In this document: piece after piece, positions 5,064 through 15,276 of the stretch
Position numbering within the stretch: the first letter of the stretch is position 1
Layout: each line of letters begins with the position of its first letter
DNA from: a virus
Lineage: Duplodnaviria > Caudoviricetes
IMG/VR virus record: IMGVR_UViG_3300036770_004266
Span: 1-57,779 of that record
DNA length: 57,779 nt
Direction: 5' to 3' (one strand)
Position numbers and translations under genes: made by a program
The notes under the pieces: generated by a model
Database searches by the model: none
The model's input: the letters and a program-made list of their open reading frames with translations, nothing else
Told to the model about the DNA's origin: nothing

Positions 5064-5254
5064 ACTAGTATTTATTATTTAAAATGATGTCAGAATGCAC
5101 GCTTAATTCCGGCAATACATTACTTGCAAGATCTCCTACTCTCAATGGGATTATACTATCTATATTAAATATCTCCGTGTTCGTCTCATCCTTTTGCTTT
5201 TGATTAGATAACCTAGTTTCGGAAAGCCTTGCTTTGGATAATGGTTTAATCATA

Positions 5255-6655
5255 TCATACCCTTATCTGAGAAAAATCTCTACCTTTTGAAAATATACTT
5301 TTAACATTATAATCATCTAGCTTATCCGAATCAATCTTTAATCCGGAATCAGATAAGCCTTTCTGAGCGTTCTGTTCTAGATCATATAGCTTCATCTTTG
5401 CTCTGTCAACCCCTATGACAAACCTCTTATTTACTGTGGGATCGTTGTATCGATTTTTGAGCTGCTTGACCATAAGTTGATTCAATTGCTCCAGCTCTTC
5501 TGTAGAAATTAGGGCAAACATAAAGTCCACTGTCGCGGGCAACCCAAAGGATTCTGAAGTATCTGTTAATTCAACATCCGTGTTTCCGTAACCTCCCCTT
5601 GTGGTCTGAGTAGCACTAAGGATAGGAATATTTTCCTCAACCGCCAGGCCCCTTAATTCTTCTGCAATAGATTTAATTAAAGTATAGGAATTAATATTAG
5701 CACCAGCCTTGAATCTAGAACTAGCGCAGATATTTAAATAGTCTACAATAATCATATCGGGTTTAAATTGCCGCTTCAATTGTAATTCATTTAGCAATGC
5801 TTTAAAGTGACCGACGTGTGCCCCAGTAGTAGGATATTCTTTGATGATTAATTTGCCCTGCAACTTATCCTTTAATTTAGATATGCGACCATCATACAGA
5901 GTCTTGGGAATCTCTTTCAATTGATCCATTGTCATGTTCATCATATTAGCATCGATTCTTTCAGCAATCCTTTCCTCTGCCATCTCTAAAGTGATATATA
6001 GGACGTTCTTGCCTTGATCCAATGCCGATGCTGCCACATGACACATGAATAAGGATTTACCCACACCTGTGCCTGCTAGTACAACATTCAAAGTCTTATT
6101 CGGCATTCCGCCGTTCGTTATCTTATTAAAATAATCTAAATCAAAAGGAATGCGAGATTCTTTACGATGGTAAAATTCAAATCTCTGGTCAGCATCATCT
6201 ATATAATCATGCCCGACCTTATGATCGAAACATACGCCAAGGGCTTCTTGTAACATAGAAGGAATACCGTCAGGAGACCTAGCCTTGTCTCTCCCATCTA
6301 AGATAGATATAGACGAGAATATAGCATTATAAATGGCCTTTTCCTTGCAGAATTTTTCTGTCTCAGCATAAAGCCATTCCTTATTATGATCCGTTGGATC
6401 TAATTCATATACTAATTCTGTAGTTTCCTTATACTGATCTTCACTTAGAGACTTATCATTTTGTAAGGATATTACTAAGCTATCCTTGTTTGCCAATCCA
6501 TTATAATTTTCTACAAAGTCTGATATCTTTTTAAAAATTATCTTTTCAGAATTATCCAAAAAGTAATCAGGCTTTAAAAAAGGAAAAACTTTTCTTAAAT
6601 ACTCCTCATCATTTATCAGATTTTGTAGAATTACTTTCTCTATTTTCGTGTTCAT
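5255..6655 (-). CDS. gp41: Replicative DNA helicase (T4 gp41-like)
   Basis: AGTGVGKS Walker A, YITLEMAEE, IVDYLNI, KQLKNRY. Confidence 0.97.
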   Translation of the reverse strand: MNTKIEKVILQNLINDEEYLRKVFPFLKPDYFLDNSEKIIFKKISDFVENYNGLANKDSLVISLQNDKSLSEDQYKETTELVYELDPTDHNKEWLYAETEKFCKEKAIYNAIFSSISILDGRDKARSPDGIPSMLQEALGVCFDHKVGHDYIDDADQRFEFYHRKESRIPFDLDYFNKITNGGMPNKTLNVVLAGTGVGKSLFMCHVAASALDQGKNVLYITLEMAEERIAERIDANMMNMTMDQLKEIPKTLYDGRISKLKDKLQGKLIIKEYPTTGAHVGHFKALLNELQLKRQFKPDMIIVDYLNICASSRFKAGANINSYTLIKSIAEELRGLAVEENIPILSATQTTRGGYGNTDVELTDTSESFGLPATVDFMFALISTEELEQLNQLMVKQLKNRYNDPTVNKRFVIGVDRAKMKLYDLEQNAQKGLSDSGLKIDSDKLDDYNVKSIFSKGRDFSQIRV

Positions 6656-6917
6656 TAATTGCCTTCCTTAGAATATCCTCTAGAATCCAACCCATGTCTT
6701 TTTGAAAGTCTGGATCCTCCGACATATACTTTTCCATCATATTCTCGGGATGATGCACTACGGTATAATCCAATTGAAGATTCGAATCATCTTCTTCCTT
6801 GAGATTAATATCATTGAAGGATATAACCGTATTGGCAAACTTGCCTTCTAAGATTCGAACGCCCCAAACAGTTTGTTCTTCTTTTTCAAATCCCCAAGGC
6901 TCATACTTCACTTGCAT
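6609..6917 (-). CDS. Hypothetical protein at the T4 gp40 position
   Basis: 102-aa acidic ORF between uvsX and gp41, overlapping both. Confidence 0.7.
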   Translation of the reverse strand: MQVKYEPWGFEKEEQTVWGVRILEGKFANTVISFNDINLKEEDDSNLQLDYTVVHHPENMMEKYMSEDPDFQKDMGWILEDILRKAINEHENRESNSTKSDK

Positions 6918-7959
6918 TATCGTACTCCTCTTCTAGTATAACATCATCTATTTTAGATATCATATCTACACCTGCCACCTTGTACTTTTTCTCAATATAA
7001 CTTCTAAAAGACGCATCTTCAATAATGGGCATCCAAAATTCTTTGGTATAAGTATCCTTTATTCGGAATTTCTTTTCTTCATCTTTTCTACTGTACCATC
7101 CATTCGAAGGCTTAACCACAAAACCGCCTTCCAAACCCATATCAAGTAAACCGGACCATCTACTAATTCCGCCCTCGTATGTAACTTCTACAGGAATCTT
7201 GGATTTTTCTTTTACAAACCTAGACTTCTCAACATTAATAATAAAGTTGTAACCGACTACTTCGGTACCATCTTTTTCCTGCTGTCGGCCAATAATATAG
7301 ATGTTATCCGCAGAGTAATAAATGCCTGTGCCGCCAGATACAATCTGTTTAGGAAATAAACCAATCTCAGAATAAGTATGATTCACAACAACCATTGGAA
7401 TATCTTTAATGGTCAAGTGCGGGGTAATCATTCTAAACAGAGACTTCATTTGCTTTGCCCTGGTCATATCCGCTACAGACTTGCCTTCCAACGCATCATC
7501 AACTTCTTTCTTAGACGCAAGGTTACCTACAGAATCAACTACGATCATTACCCTGTCTCCGCGCTCAATATTATTAAGCTGAGACATAACATCAAATTTT
7601 AGTTGTTCAATATCTGTAATCGGGGTGTGCAGTACCTTACTCGTATCAATACCGAAGTTATCAAAGTAAGATTGCGGACTACCAAACTCCGAATCATAGA
7701 ATAGTATAACAGCATCCTTATACTTGTCCTGATATGCTTTTGCCAGTAACAAAGAAAATGCTGTCTTAAAGTGCTTAGATGGCCCGGCAAATACTGTAAG
7801 GCCCGGAGTCAATCCCCCCTCCATACTTCCCGACAATGCAATATTGAGTGCGGGAACTGAAGTTTGAATCATATCCTTTTTGGAAAAGAATTTAGATTCA
7901 TTTAGTATTTCGCTTTCTTTAATTGTAGAATTCTTTTTAAGTTTTTCAAGTAAACTCAT
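6901..7959 (-). CDS. uvsX: RecA-like recombinase UvsX
   Basis: AGPSKHFKT, FYDSEFG, ADMTRAK, SGGTG. Confidence 0.97.
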   Translation of the reverse strand: MSLLEKLKKNSTIKESEILNESKFFSKKDMIQTSVPALNIALSGSMEGGLTPGLTVFAGPSKHFKTAFSLLLAKAYQDKYKDAVILFYDSEFGSPQSYFDNFGIDTSKVLHTPITDIEQLKFDVMSQLNNIERGDRVMIVVDSVGNLASKKEVDDALEGKSVADMTRAKQMKSLFRMITPHLTIKDIPMVVVNHTYSEIGLFPKQIVSGGTGIYYSADNIYIIGRQQEKDGTEVVGYNFIINVEKSRFVKEKSKIPVEVTYEGGISRWSGLLDMGLEGGFVVKPSNGWYSRKDEEKKFRIKDTYTKEFWMPIIEDASFRSYIEKKYKVAGVDMISKIDDVILEEEYDNASEV

Positions 7960-7986
7960 TATAACCTCCGTATTGTATATTCGTAT

Positions 7987-8015
7987 ATTTTAAAGTATAA
8001 AACACTGTATGTCAA
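7987..8015 (-). promoter_or_regulatory. sigma70-type promoter for uvsX
   Basis: TTGACA-N17-TAAAAT. Confidence 0.7.
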
Positions 8016-8449
8016 TTACACCAGCTTTCTTTCTGTTCGCCATAATATTCTCTTGCCAATCCTTGGGCAATTAAACTTTTTCTAACGCTCTTACCATCAA
8101 CTAAGATATCTCCCAAAACCCTTCCCCCAAACTTATCCCATCCATATAATATAACTTGGAATTGTGTTCCGTTGGCAATCATCTTCTTAGTAAAATCTGA
8201 TGCCTGCTCTCCCATTTGTTTTTCCTTATCACATTGTCCTCTAAATCCCTTTTCCGGAGTATCTACCCCAAAAATTCTTACCGACAATTGGGGTTTAAGA
8301 GGAGCAGGCAAATATGGTGCCGCAATAACAATAGTATCTCCATCAGACACTTTTAAAATTTTTGCCTCATACTTTACCCCCTCGGGCTGTTTTGCCGCAA
8401 GTACAGGAAAAGAAAAGGCAATTGCTAATATTAGTAATAATTTTTTCAT
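8012..8449 (-). CDS. Thermonuclease (SNase family) with signal peptide
   Basis: DGDT, RIFGVDTPE, DKFGGRVLG; start MKKLLLILAIAFSFPVLA overlaps the gp43 stop (ATGA). Confidence 0.88.
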   Translation of the reverse strand: MKKLLLILAIAFSFPVLAAKQPEGVKYEAKILKVSDGDTIVIAAPYLPAPLKPQLSVRIFGVDTPEKGFRGQCDKEKQMGEQASDFTKKMIANGTQFQVILYGWDKFGGRVLGDILVDGKSVRKSLIAQGLAREYYGEQKESWCN

Positions 8450-10935
8450 TCGAATAATCCTTCTAAAGATGCCGTTGGTTTTGCCGACCAACCAATACCT
8501 TCAAGAATAGTATTGATTGGTTCTAAAAATGACTTGCTAAACATCATATCATAATCTGCAAACTTTTTGATGTTTAACTCGCTAGGAATACTGGAAACGA
8601 ATGCAATACAATTTTCGCCTATAGTATTTGGTTCTCTCAAGTAAATGAATTTTATTTTGTCACCTTCTTTGATAGTTTCATATTTCTTATTCAATTTATT
8701 TGTGACTAAATGATGATTATATAACAGGGCACCTCGAACGTGCATTGGAGTAGCACTTTTATATATACTTGCCTTGTCAGAATATTTATCTAATCCGTTG
8801 ACGCCCCTAGGAAAAGAAATTTGTTCCGGTTCTAATTTTCTATACTTTTCCTCAAAGTTTCGTACATATTCCTGTAGTTCATTCTCAGTCTTTGTCAGTA
8901 TAATTTTAACTGCATCTCTCAGGGCATCACGTACGGGTTCAGGCGTAGATGACCTAACAATTTCTAATCCCATAACCTTTAGTTTAGGTTCGGCATATTG
9001 CACACCCTCATTATTATATACGTTAAGGGCATATCTTTTCTTTGCTACCCAAATTCCCCTATCCGCAATAACTTCTCGTTTAAAGGATATCCTGTTATCA
9101 AAGGCATTAGTGTAATCGGCAATTTTGTTACTTGCCTTATCTAAAAATGATTCAATCTTCTCGTCACAAACCTTATCTAATATTTTAACTAGCTTATCGG
9201 TTTTCACCCCAGTATAAAACTTATTCACCAGCGGATCCAATGTGATATAACAGGCATCAGTATCAGAATAAAAAGAATATAGATAATCCTTAGTACCACA
9301 AATCTTATTTAAAGTATCATTCAAAGTCTTGCCCATGGATTGAATAATATACTGACCTGTCAGGGTAATGCCTTCTGCAATACGATCGTCATAAAATCTA
9401 AAGTACTCATTCGCCATGGCACCGAATAAAGAATTCATTTGAATCTTTCTTGCCATCTGAAAATTATTATACTTGGATATGTCTTTTTTATAATTAGGAT
9501 CCTTAGTCTCCTCATACTTCTGCTGAGCTTCAAGCATCGACTTCTTATACTTCTTTCTATCATTAAATAACTTCTCAACAATCTCAGGAAAGATGCCCTG
9601 CTTCTCTCGGGTAAAGCAATAACCATTTGCCGTCATACAATGGTTAGTTTCTTTCAGGTCATCCAGATTCAATGACCCCTCAATCAATTTACTCATACCA
9701 ATATCTTTTGCATTACCATTGACCATAGTCTCAGGAGACAAATTATATTGCATAATGATACTAGGATATAGGCTTGTCGCATCAAATGATACTACCCAAT
9801 TATACTGACCTGGTTTTGGTTCTTGAACATATGCACCGGCAATTTGCCTGCTCTGCCTACCTTCTCTCTGATGGACAACGATATCTTTATTCCATAGGTG
9901 ATTATAAAGAATACAATCCCAAGTCCTAACTGCGGAAAAGATATCAATATAATTACACTTGGCATCATATGCCATTGTCAGGATGAGTTCAATTAACTTC
10001 ATCTTATCCTCAAGCTCATCTACAATCTCAACGTCTCGAATATTATAGTCCACAAACTTCTGCCAATCGCTATTCCAAAATTCTGTGAAGGAACCATACT
10101 CATCGTATGACAATTTTTGCTTGCCCAATTCTACCTTTGCAATATGATCTAGCTTGTAGGATTCTTGAGCATTATATGTAAACTTCTTATACAGATCTAA
10201 ATAGTCCAGAATAGCAACGCCCATCAATTCAAAGGATACATTCTCTTTCTTTAATTTGATAATATTCTTTCTTGCAACATTGCCCCACGGAGAAAGTTTC
10301 TTGACCGCATCTTCGCCGAGTATTTTTTCTATACGATTACATAGATAAGGTATATCGAAAAACTCAACATTCCAACCTGTTATGATGTGGGGATAGTCTT
10401 CCGAAAAATCTTCTAAGAATGTTTTAAGTAAGTGTGCCTCGTCCCTACATTGGACATAGTTAACATCATCTCTGCTATTTTGATATTCCTTTAAACCATA
10501 CGTCTTGAGCTGTTTAGTTTGATTATCCTGTATGGTTATTAGCAGTACTTTTTCTGTTGGGTTACTAACATCGGGAAATCCGTCGTCTGCAGATGTCTCG
10601 ATGTCTAGGGTCCAAATCTTAATCTGCGATATATCAAATTCTATTTCATTCGGAAAGGTGTCTGTAATATATTGATAAGCATAATTTGTATTACCGAAGA
10701 TGGGAAAATTGTCCACATCTCGGTATCTTTGAACAAAATCCTTGGCCTCATTGATGTCCTCAAACTGTACGGTATCGAGGCATTCTCCGTAAATAGATTT
10801 GTACTTCGTTTCTTGTTGAGATTTAACAAAAAGAATGGGCTTGAACCTAACCCTATCTAACACGTTTTTGCCATTATTAATACCCCGAACCAGGATATTA
10901 TTGCCATATTGATTAACACTAGTGTAAAATTTCAT
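8446..10935 (-). CDS. gp43: Family B DNA polymerase (T4 gp43-like)
   Basis: DIET exonuclease motif, SFDATSLYPSII, KIQMNSLFG, YSDTD. Confidence 0.98.
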   Translation of the reverse strand: MKFYTSVNQYGNNILVRGINNGKNVLDRVRFKPILFVKSQQETKYKSIYGECLDTVQFEDINEAKDFVQRYRDVDNFPIFGNTNYAYQYITDTFPNEIEFDISQIKIWTLDIETSADDGFPDVSNPTEKVLLITIQDNQTKQLKTYGLKEYQNSRDDVNYVQCRDEAHLLKTFLEDFSEDYPHIITGWNVEFFDIPYLCNRIEKILGEDAVKKLSPWGNVARKNIIKLKKENVSFELMGVAILDYLDLYKKFTYNAQESYKLDHIAKVELGKQKLSYDEYGSFTEFWNSDWQKFVDYNIRDVEIVDELEDKMKLIELILTMAYDAKCNYIDIFSAVRTWDCILYNHLWNKDIVVHQREGRQSRQIAGAYVQEPKPGQYNWVVSFDATSLYPSIIMQYNLSPETMVNGNAKDIGMSKLIEGSLNLDDLKETNHCMTANGYCFTREKQGIFPEIVEKLFNDRKKYKKSMLEAQQKYEETKDPNYKKDISKYNNFQMARKIQMNSLFGAMANEYFRFYDDRIAEGITLTGQYIIQSMGKTLNDTLNKICGTKDYLYSFYSDTDACYITLDPLVNKFYTGVKTDKLVKILDKVCDEKIESFLDKASNKIADYTNAFDNRISFKREVIADRGIWVAKKRYALNVYNNEGVQYAEPKLKVMGLEIVRSSTPEPVRDALRDAVKIILTKTENELQEYVRNFEEKYRKLEPEQISFPRGVNGLDKYSDKASIYKSATPMHVRGALLYNHHLVTNKLNKKYETIKEGDKIKFIYLREPNTIGENCIAFVSSIPSELNIKKFADYDMMFSKSFLEPINTILEGIGWSAKPTASLEGLFE

Positions 10936-10959
10936 TAATCTTTCTCATCTTAGAAATCA

Positions 10960-10967
10960 TATAAATA
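10960..10967 (+). promoter_or_regulatory. T4-type late promoter
   Basis: TATAAATA upstream of the plus-strand operon. Confidence 0.7.
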
Positions 10968-11025
10968 ATAAGTATATTATATGTATCGCGATAAATCAAT
11001 AACAAAATAGGGAAATTTAACCAAA

Positions 11026-11982
11026 ATGAAGAAGAACCTAATGGGTGCATTCTTCGTTATGTCTTTATTAGGGGGTACCGCGCAAGCGTATGATTCGGAA
11101 ACAAAGGTGGATACCAATAACACCAGTACTTCTACAAGTACTGTAAATTCTACCAACACAAACAACAATACCAACAACAATATTAACGATACCACGGTCA
11201 ACTCTACCTCGACCAGTACGAATAATAATATTAACACTAGTACCAGTACAAATACAAACAATAATAATAACGTAAACACTACTACTAGTACAAACACCAA
11301 TAACAATAACAACGTCAATACGACGACCAGTAACAACACCAACACCAACGTCAATACCTCGACCAGTACCAACTACAACGTAAATTCTGGCGAGCAGACA
11401 TTCAACAACAACAACGTAAATGACACGACGATCAATTCCTCGAACGTCAATACCAACACGAACGTCAATACTAGCACAAGCAACAACACGAATGCGAACA
11501 CCAATAACAATACAAGTACCAGTACTAGTGACAATACCAACAAGAATGTAAACGAGAATACTACCCGAGTAGAACAACCTCCCCCAACCGCGATCGCACC
11601 GTCTATGATGAGTGGCGGTAATAATGATCTCTGTACCACAGGAACATCGGGTGCAGTTCAGACTCAGATATTGGGTGTGAGTTCTGGAGGCACAATAAGA
11701 GATCAGAATTGCGAGAGATTGAAGAACGCCAAGACTTTATTTGACATGGGAATGAAGGTAGCAGCAGTATCAGTACTATGTCAAGATCGTAGAGTGTTTG
11801 ATGCGATGTGGAATGCCGGTACTCCTTGCCCGTTCGAAGGCAAGATTGGAGAGCAGGCAAAGGTAGCATGGTTAGATAATCCAGAGAAAATACCTCAACC
11901 CGAGAAACCACAAACAGATGACTTCTATAAGAAAACTGGCTTCGGCGCTTTGCTTGGCTATTTGCTTTTCATCGGTCTCTAA
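11026..11982 (+). CDS. Secreted Asn/Thr-rich protein with Cys-containing C-terminal domain
   Basis: Signal peptide, about 150 aa of N/T/S repeats, 4-Cys domain, hydrophobic C-terminal tail. Confidence 0.85.
   Translation: MKKNLMGAFFVMSLLGGTAQAYDSETKVDTNNTSTSTSTVNSTNTNNNTNNNINDTTVNSTSTSTNNNINTSTSTNTNNNNNVNTTTSTNTNNNNNVNTTTSNNTNTNVNTSTSTNYNVNSGEQTFNNNNVNDTTINSSNVNTNTNVNTSTSNNTNANTNNNTSTSTSDNTNKNVNENTTRVEQPPPTAIAPSMMSGGNNDLCTTGTSGAVQTQILGVSSGGTIRDQNCERLKNAKTLFDMGMKVAAVSVLCQDRRVFDAMWNAGTPCPFEGKIGEQAKVAWLDNPEKIPQPEKPQTDDFYKKTGFGALLGYLLFIGL
11110..11570 (+). repeat. Low-complexity AAC/AAT/ACC coding repeats
   Basis: Imperfect repeats of NVNT(S/T)TS(T/N)NTN. Confidence 0.8.
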
Positions 11983-13471
11983 CGCCCAGCAGGTAGACAG
12001 CACCGGTAACCTGATCAACAACAACAGTTGGTCGGGAGCTACCTACGGCGTCGATCCCAATGATTGTTGCACATCTGTATCTGGCTCAGGCGCCCTGTAT
12101 GATACTGCGTCTGACACCATCAAGTTTTCATATGGTATAGACACATTAGTACAAACCATTGGATTGCAACAGGCACTCGGTGGTACGGGTGTTCAGGTGC
12201 ATGGTTATAATTATTCGTTTGACTATAGATTGATGCCAAATAGCGGTCTACACACCGATAATTTAACTGCGTCCATTTGGTTGACCACATCTTCAGGATT
12301 TAATACAGAAGCTACGCATCTGTTTCTCAGTGGTCAAGTAGCATCAGGTGTCAATGATCAATGGAATAGCATTTCGGGAACAAGAAATTTTGAGTCGCCT
12401 TATACAGATCCACAAAGTGTCACTATGAGACTTGAAGGAAGAGATGGTGGTTTCTGGGCAGGCTACTATGGCCCTGAAGTAAAGAACATATCGTTCTCAG
12501 TAAACTATGCATTTGATCCGTGTTCATCAGATCCCTTGTATTCATCTTCATGTCCGGGTTATCTTGAAGCATACATGGCAAATCTTTTTGCTCTGTTGGG
12601 TTGGAGTTCTACATCTGAACCAGAAGTCGCTGTCATAGATTATTCATTGCCCGTAACAACAATCTCAGCAATGACAGAGGATTCTACAACTGCAGAACCA
12701 GTTGTAGATGCTGGAGGTGTTGAAGTATCAACTACGGGCGAGCTTGCAGTACCAGATGGTATTCCGGAGGTGGTCAAAGAAGACAAGAAAGAAAAGAAAT
12801 CAATCGACCCGAACCTGTTATCAAATATACTACGAGAAGCTACAGATGATTCCAAAGCATTGTCCATAGTCAATCAGAGCATACAGGATTCCATGAGCGA
12901 AGATGCCAACCCAGACTTCTCGATGACCAACGAGACCTTGCAGGCAATACAGCAACAGACAGAGAGATCCCAGCAACAGGCCATGCAAGCACAAGAATCG
13001 TTATTGCAAGAACAGTCAGAAACATCTGTAGCAAGCGTACAATCCTTGATAACAGACCAGTCACAACTACAAGACATAGAAGTGCAGACTATGCAGTTCG
13101 ATAACCCGCAGAGTACTCAGGCGACAGAGGAAAGGCGAGAAGATGCTTCCAGCGAAGCGGATGCGTTGGCAGCGATACAGAACAGTCTTCCATCGGTGAC
13201 CGAAGATGCAAAACAAAGCAAGGAGGCATCGGTAAACCAAAAAGCAGAACCCAATGAGGCAGCTGGCGGAACTGACATCTCGGACATAGCAGTTTCCCCG
13301 GCAGGTTTCAACGATTATTTAACCAAGAGTCTTGCGGATTCTAAATTTTATCAGGACAAAGAAATCTATGCAGGTCAGATTGTAGTAGACAACAGGAGAG
13401 CTCAGAGGCTTCTCAGTGGTGCAAGCGACAGACTTCATCAAGAAATGATGGATCGGCAATATCGACAATAA
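11918..13471 (+). CDS. Secreted protein with beta-rich N-domain and acidic Gln/Ser-rich C-half
   Basis: Signal peptide; DGGFWAGYYGP and CSSDPLYSSSCPGY motifs. Confidence 0.85.
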   Translation: MTSIRKLASALCLAICFSSVSNAQQVDSTGNLINNNSWSGATYGVDPNDCCTSVSGSGALYDTASDTIKFSYGIDTLVQTIGLQQALGGTGVQVHGYNYSFDYRLMPNSGLHTDNLTASIWLTTSSGFNTEATHLFLSGQVASGVNDQWNSISGTRNFESPYTDPQSVTMRLEGRDGGFWAGYYGPEVKNISFSVNYAFDPCSSDPLYSSSCPGYLEAYMANLFALLGWSSTSEPEVAVIDYSLPVTTISAMTEDSTTAEPVVDAGGVEVSTTGELAVPDGIPEVVKEDKKEKKSIDPNLLSNILREATDDSKALSIVNQSIQDSMSEDANPDFSMTNETLQAIQQQTERSQQQAMQAQESLLQEQSETSVASVQSLITDQSQLQDIEVQTMQFDNPQSTQATEERREDASSEADALAAIQNSLPSVTEDAKQSKEASVNQKAEPNEAAGGTDISDIAVSPAGFNDYLTKSLADSKFYQDKEIYAGQIVVDNRRAQRLLSGASDRLHQEMMDRQYRQ

Positions 13472-13483
13472 AGGAGAAATGCA

Positions 13484-13606
13484 ATGATGGATATTCTTTT
13501 TTGGGTAGCAGTAGGAGCATTCGTGGGTTGGAATTTTCCCCAACCATTTTGGGCAAAAATACTTCAGAATAAAATACAATCAATGATTGCGAAGAAAGGC
13601 GAATAA
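13484..13606 (+). CDS. 40-aa membrane peptide
   Basis: AAGGAG RBS; MMDILFWVAVGAFVGWNFPQPFWAK...; TAATG coupling to the next gene; not in the ORF track. Confidence 0.7.
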   Translation: MMDILFWVAVGAFVGWNFPQPFWAKILQNKIQSMIAKKGE

Positions 13607-14106
13607 TGGCAGAGAAAAATATCGACGAAGCAGTCGATAAATTAGAAGCAGCAGTAGATCCAAATACCGTTATTAGCATAGGCGGTATTAATTTTACACC
13701 AGCAAAACTAATGATCGCCGGCGGTATTGTTTCCTCTATCCTAGGTGGTCTTTATGGTGCATTTGAAGTATATAAAGACTATATGGATATGAAGGCAGCT
13801 ATCTCCGAATATGTTACACCAGATCTTTCCGGCATAAACGAAAGATTGTCAGTTATTGAAAAAGAAATGCAGGGCACAAAATCTTCCGTGATGGAAGCAA
13901 CCGATTATACTAATGAAATAAAAAATGATCTTAAACGAGATATTCGGCGAATTGAGGGCATAGTTGAAAATGCAGAAAGAACATCAAAAGAATCTGCAAG
14001 AGAAACGATGCAAGATGTTAAGGACGTAAGAAGCGACATTAAACAACTTGAGAAGAACGTAGATGAAAAAATTAAAAAAGCCTTGGATAATCCATTGGCG
14101 CAATAA
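13606..14106 (+). CDS. Single-TM coiled-coil protein
   Basis: LMIAGGIVSSILGGLYGAF TM segment then heptad-rich helix. Confidence 0.8.
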   Translation: MAEKNIDEAVDKLEAAVDPNTVISIGGINFTPAKLMIAGGIVSSILGGLYGAFEVYKDYMDMKAAISEYVTPDLSGINERLSVIEKEMQGTKSSVMEATDYTNEIKNDLKRDIRRIEGIVENAERTSKESARETMQDVKDVRSDIKQLEKNVDEKIKKALDNPLAQ

Positions 14107-14117
14107 TAGGAGGCAAT

Positions 14118-14351
14118 ATGAAGTATATTATATTGGCGTGTATTCCTATATTATTAGCGGGATGTGAATTTGAAGTATATAGATACGCTTGCCAAAACCC
14201 AGATAACTGGGATACGGCAGAATGTCAAAAACCTCAGTGTGAGGTGAGTAGGACTTGCCCAGAGCATATCTTTAAATCTGAAACATTAGTAAAAGCGGCA
14301 ACCTCAACTGCAGTTACTGCCGCAAAACCTTTGAAAGGAGAATGTAAATGA
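14118..14351 (+). CDS. Cys-rich lipoprotein
   Basis: Lipobox LLAGC; CQNP...CQKPQC...C. Confidence 0.8.
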   Translation: MKYIILACIPILLAGCEFEVYRYACQNPDNWDTAECQKPQCEVSRTCPEHIFKSETLVKAATSTAVTAAKPLKGECK

Positions 14352-14737
14352 AAGAGGAAAAAGAAGTGAAAACTAAAGAAAGATTAACTGAAAATGAGTT
14401 AATGGTTCGTCTAAAAGTATTCATTGGCGGATGTCTAGCAATAACATTAATAGGTATCGTATTTACGGTTCTCTATAGTGTCATGTTTGTGACACAACCT
14501 TTAAATGCGATTAGCCCAGTTGATCAAAAGTTCTTTGAACTTATTATTCCAATAGCAACATTTTTAACAGGTACTCTATCTGGAATTATGTTAGCAGGAA
14601 CTGGAGAAAATGCAGCGCTTGCCGGGGCAAGATCCAATATGCCCAAGCCTATGCCAACTCCGGTACCACCTAAACCAGTATCATCTCCTCCGCCTCTCGC
14701 TAAGAAGGATGATATACTAGAAGAGGAAATTGGATAA
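14348..14737 (+). CDS. Two-TM membrane protein with Pro-rich tail
   Basis: Two hydrophobic segments; ATGA overlap with the lipoprotein gene. Confidence 0.8.
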   Translation: MKEEKEVKTKERLTENELMVRLKVFIGGCLAITLIGIVFTVLYSVMFVTQPLNAISPVDQKFFELIIPIATFLTGTLSGIMLAGTGENAALAGARSNMPKPMPTPVPPKPVSSPPPLAKKDDILEEEIG

Positions 14738-15276
14738 TGGATCCAGTCACAATTCTCGCTGCAGCAACCGCCGCATATAATGGTGTTAAAAAGGCAGTTG
14801 AATTGGGTAGAGAAGTAAGTGACATATATGGCCAGCTCGGACAATGGGCTGGCCATATAGGCGATCTTAAAACATGTATTGAAGGAATAGAAAAGAATAA
14901 CGATAAACCAAAACTTTTTAAAGCGTTAACATTTGAAAAGTCTGAGACTGCCGAAGCATTTGATGTTTTTGCCGCAAAGCAAAAAATGAAAGAGATGGAA
15001 GATGAAATTTTTCATATGTTTATGTATGGTGATCTCTGTCATCTAGGTATAGATGGATATCGAGAATTTAAGCAAATGAGAAAAGATATACATGATAAAA
15101 GACAAAAAATGTTTTTAGAGCAGATTAAAATGCGAAAAGATTTTATACATAATATAAAGATGGGAGTTGCTATAACTGTTACCTTTATTTTATCTGCTCT
15201 TATCATATGGGGTACTATAGAAATTATAGTTAATGGAAAACAAGAAAATGCAAAAATCACTACAGAAAAACTCTAA
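14737..15276 (+). CDS. Hypothetical protein with C-terminal TM
   Basis: MDPVTILAAATAA amphipathic start; C-terminal hydrophobic helix. Confidence 0.8.
   Translation: MDPVTILAAATAAYNGVKKAVELGREVSDIYGQLGQWAGHIGDLKTCIEGIEKNNDKPKLFKALTFEKSETAEAFDVFAAKQKMKEMEDEIFHMFMYGDLCHLGIDGYREFKQMRKDIHDKRQKMFLEQIKMRKDFIHNIKMGVAITVTFILSALIIWGTIEIIVNGKQENAKITTEKL

Noticed and set aside
5065-5253. 62-aa ORF between gp41 and the HEXXH gene
   Set aside because: No recognisable motif and only a weak RBS; it fills the gap, so it may be real, but it is unsupported.
8446-10935. Introns, inteins or homing endonucleases in gp43 and other core genes
   Set aside because: gp43, gp41, uvsX, uvsW, gp46 and gp23 are uninterrupted and of normal length.
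11110-11570. Possible CRISPR array or tandem DNA repeat
   Set aside because: No fixed-length repeat-spacer structure; it is in-frame coding low complexity.
10977-11639. Val/Leu-rich minus-strand ORFs that look like membrane proteins
   Set aside because: Antisense shadows of the Asn/Thr repeat gene.
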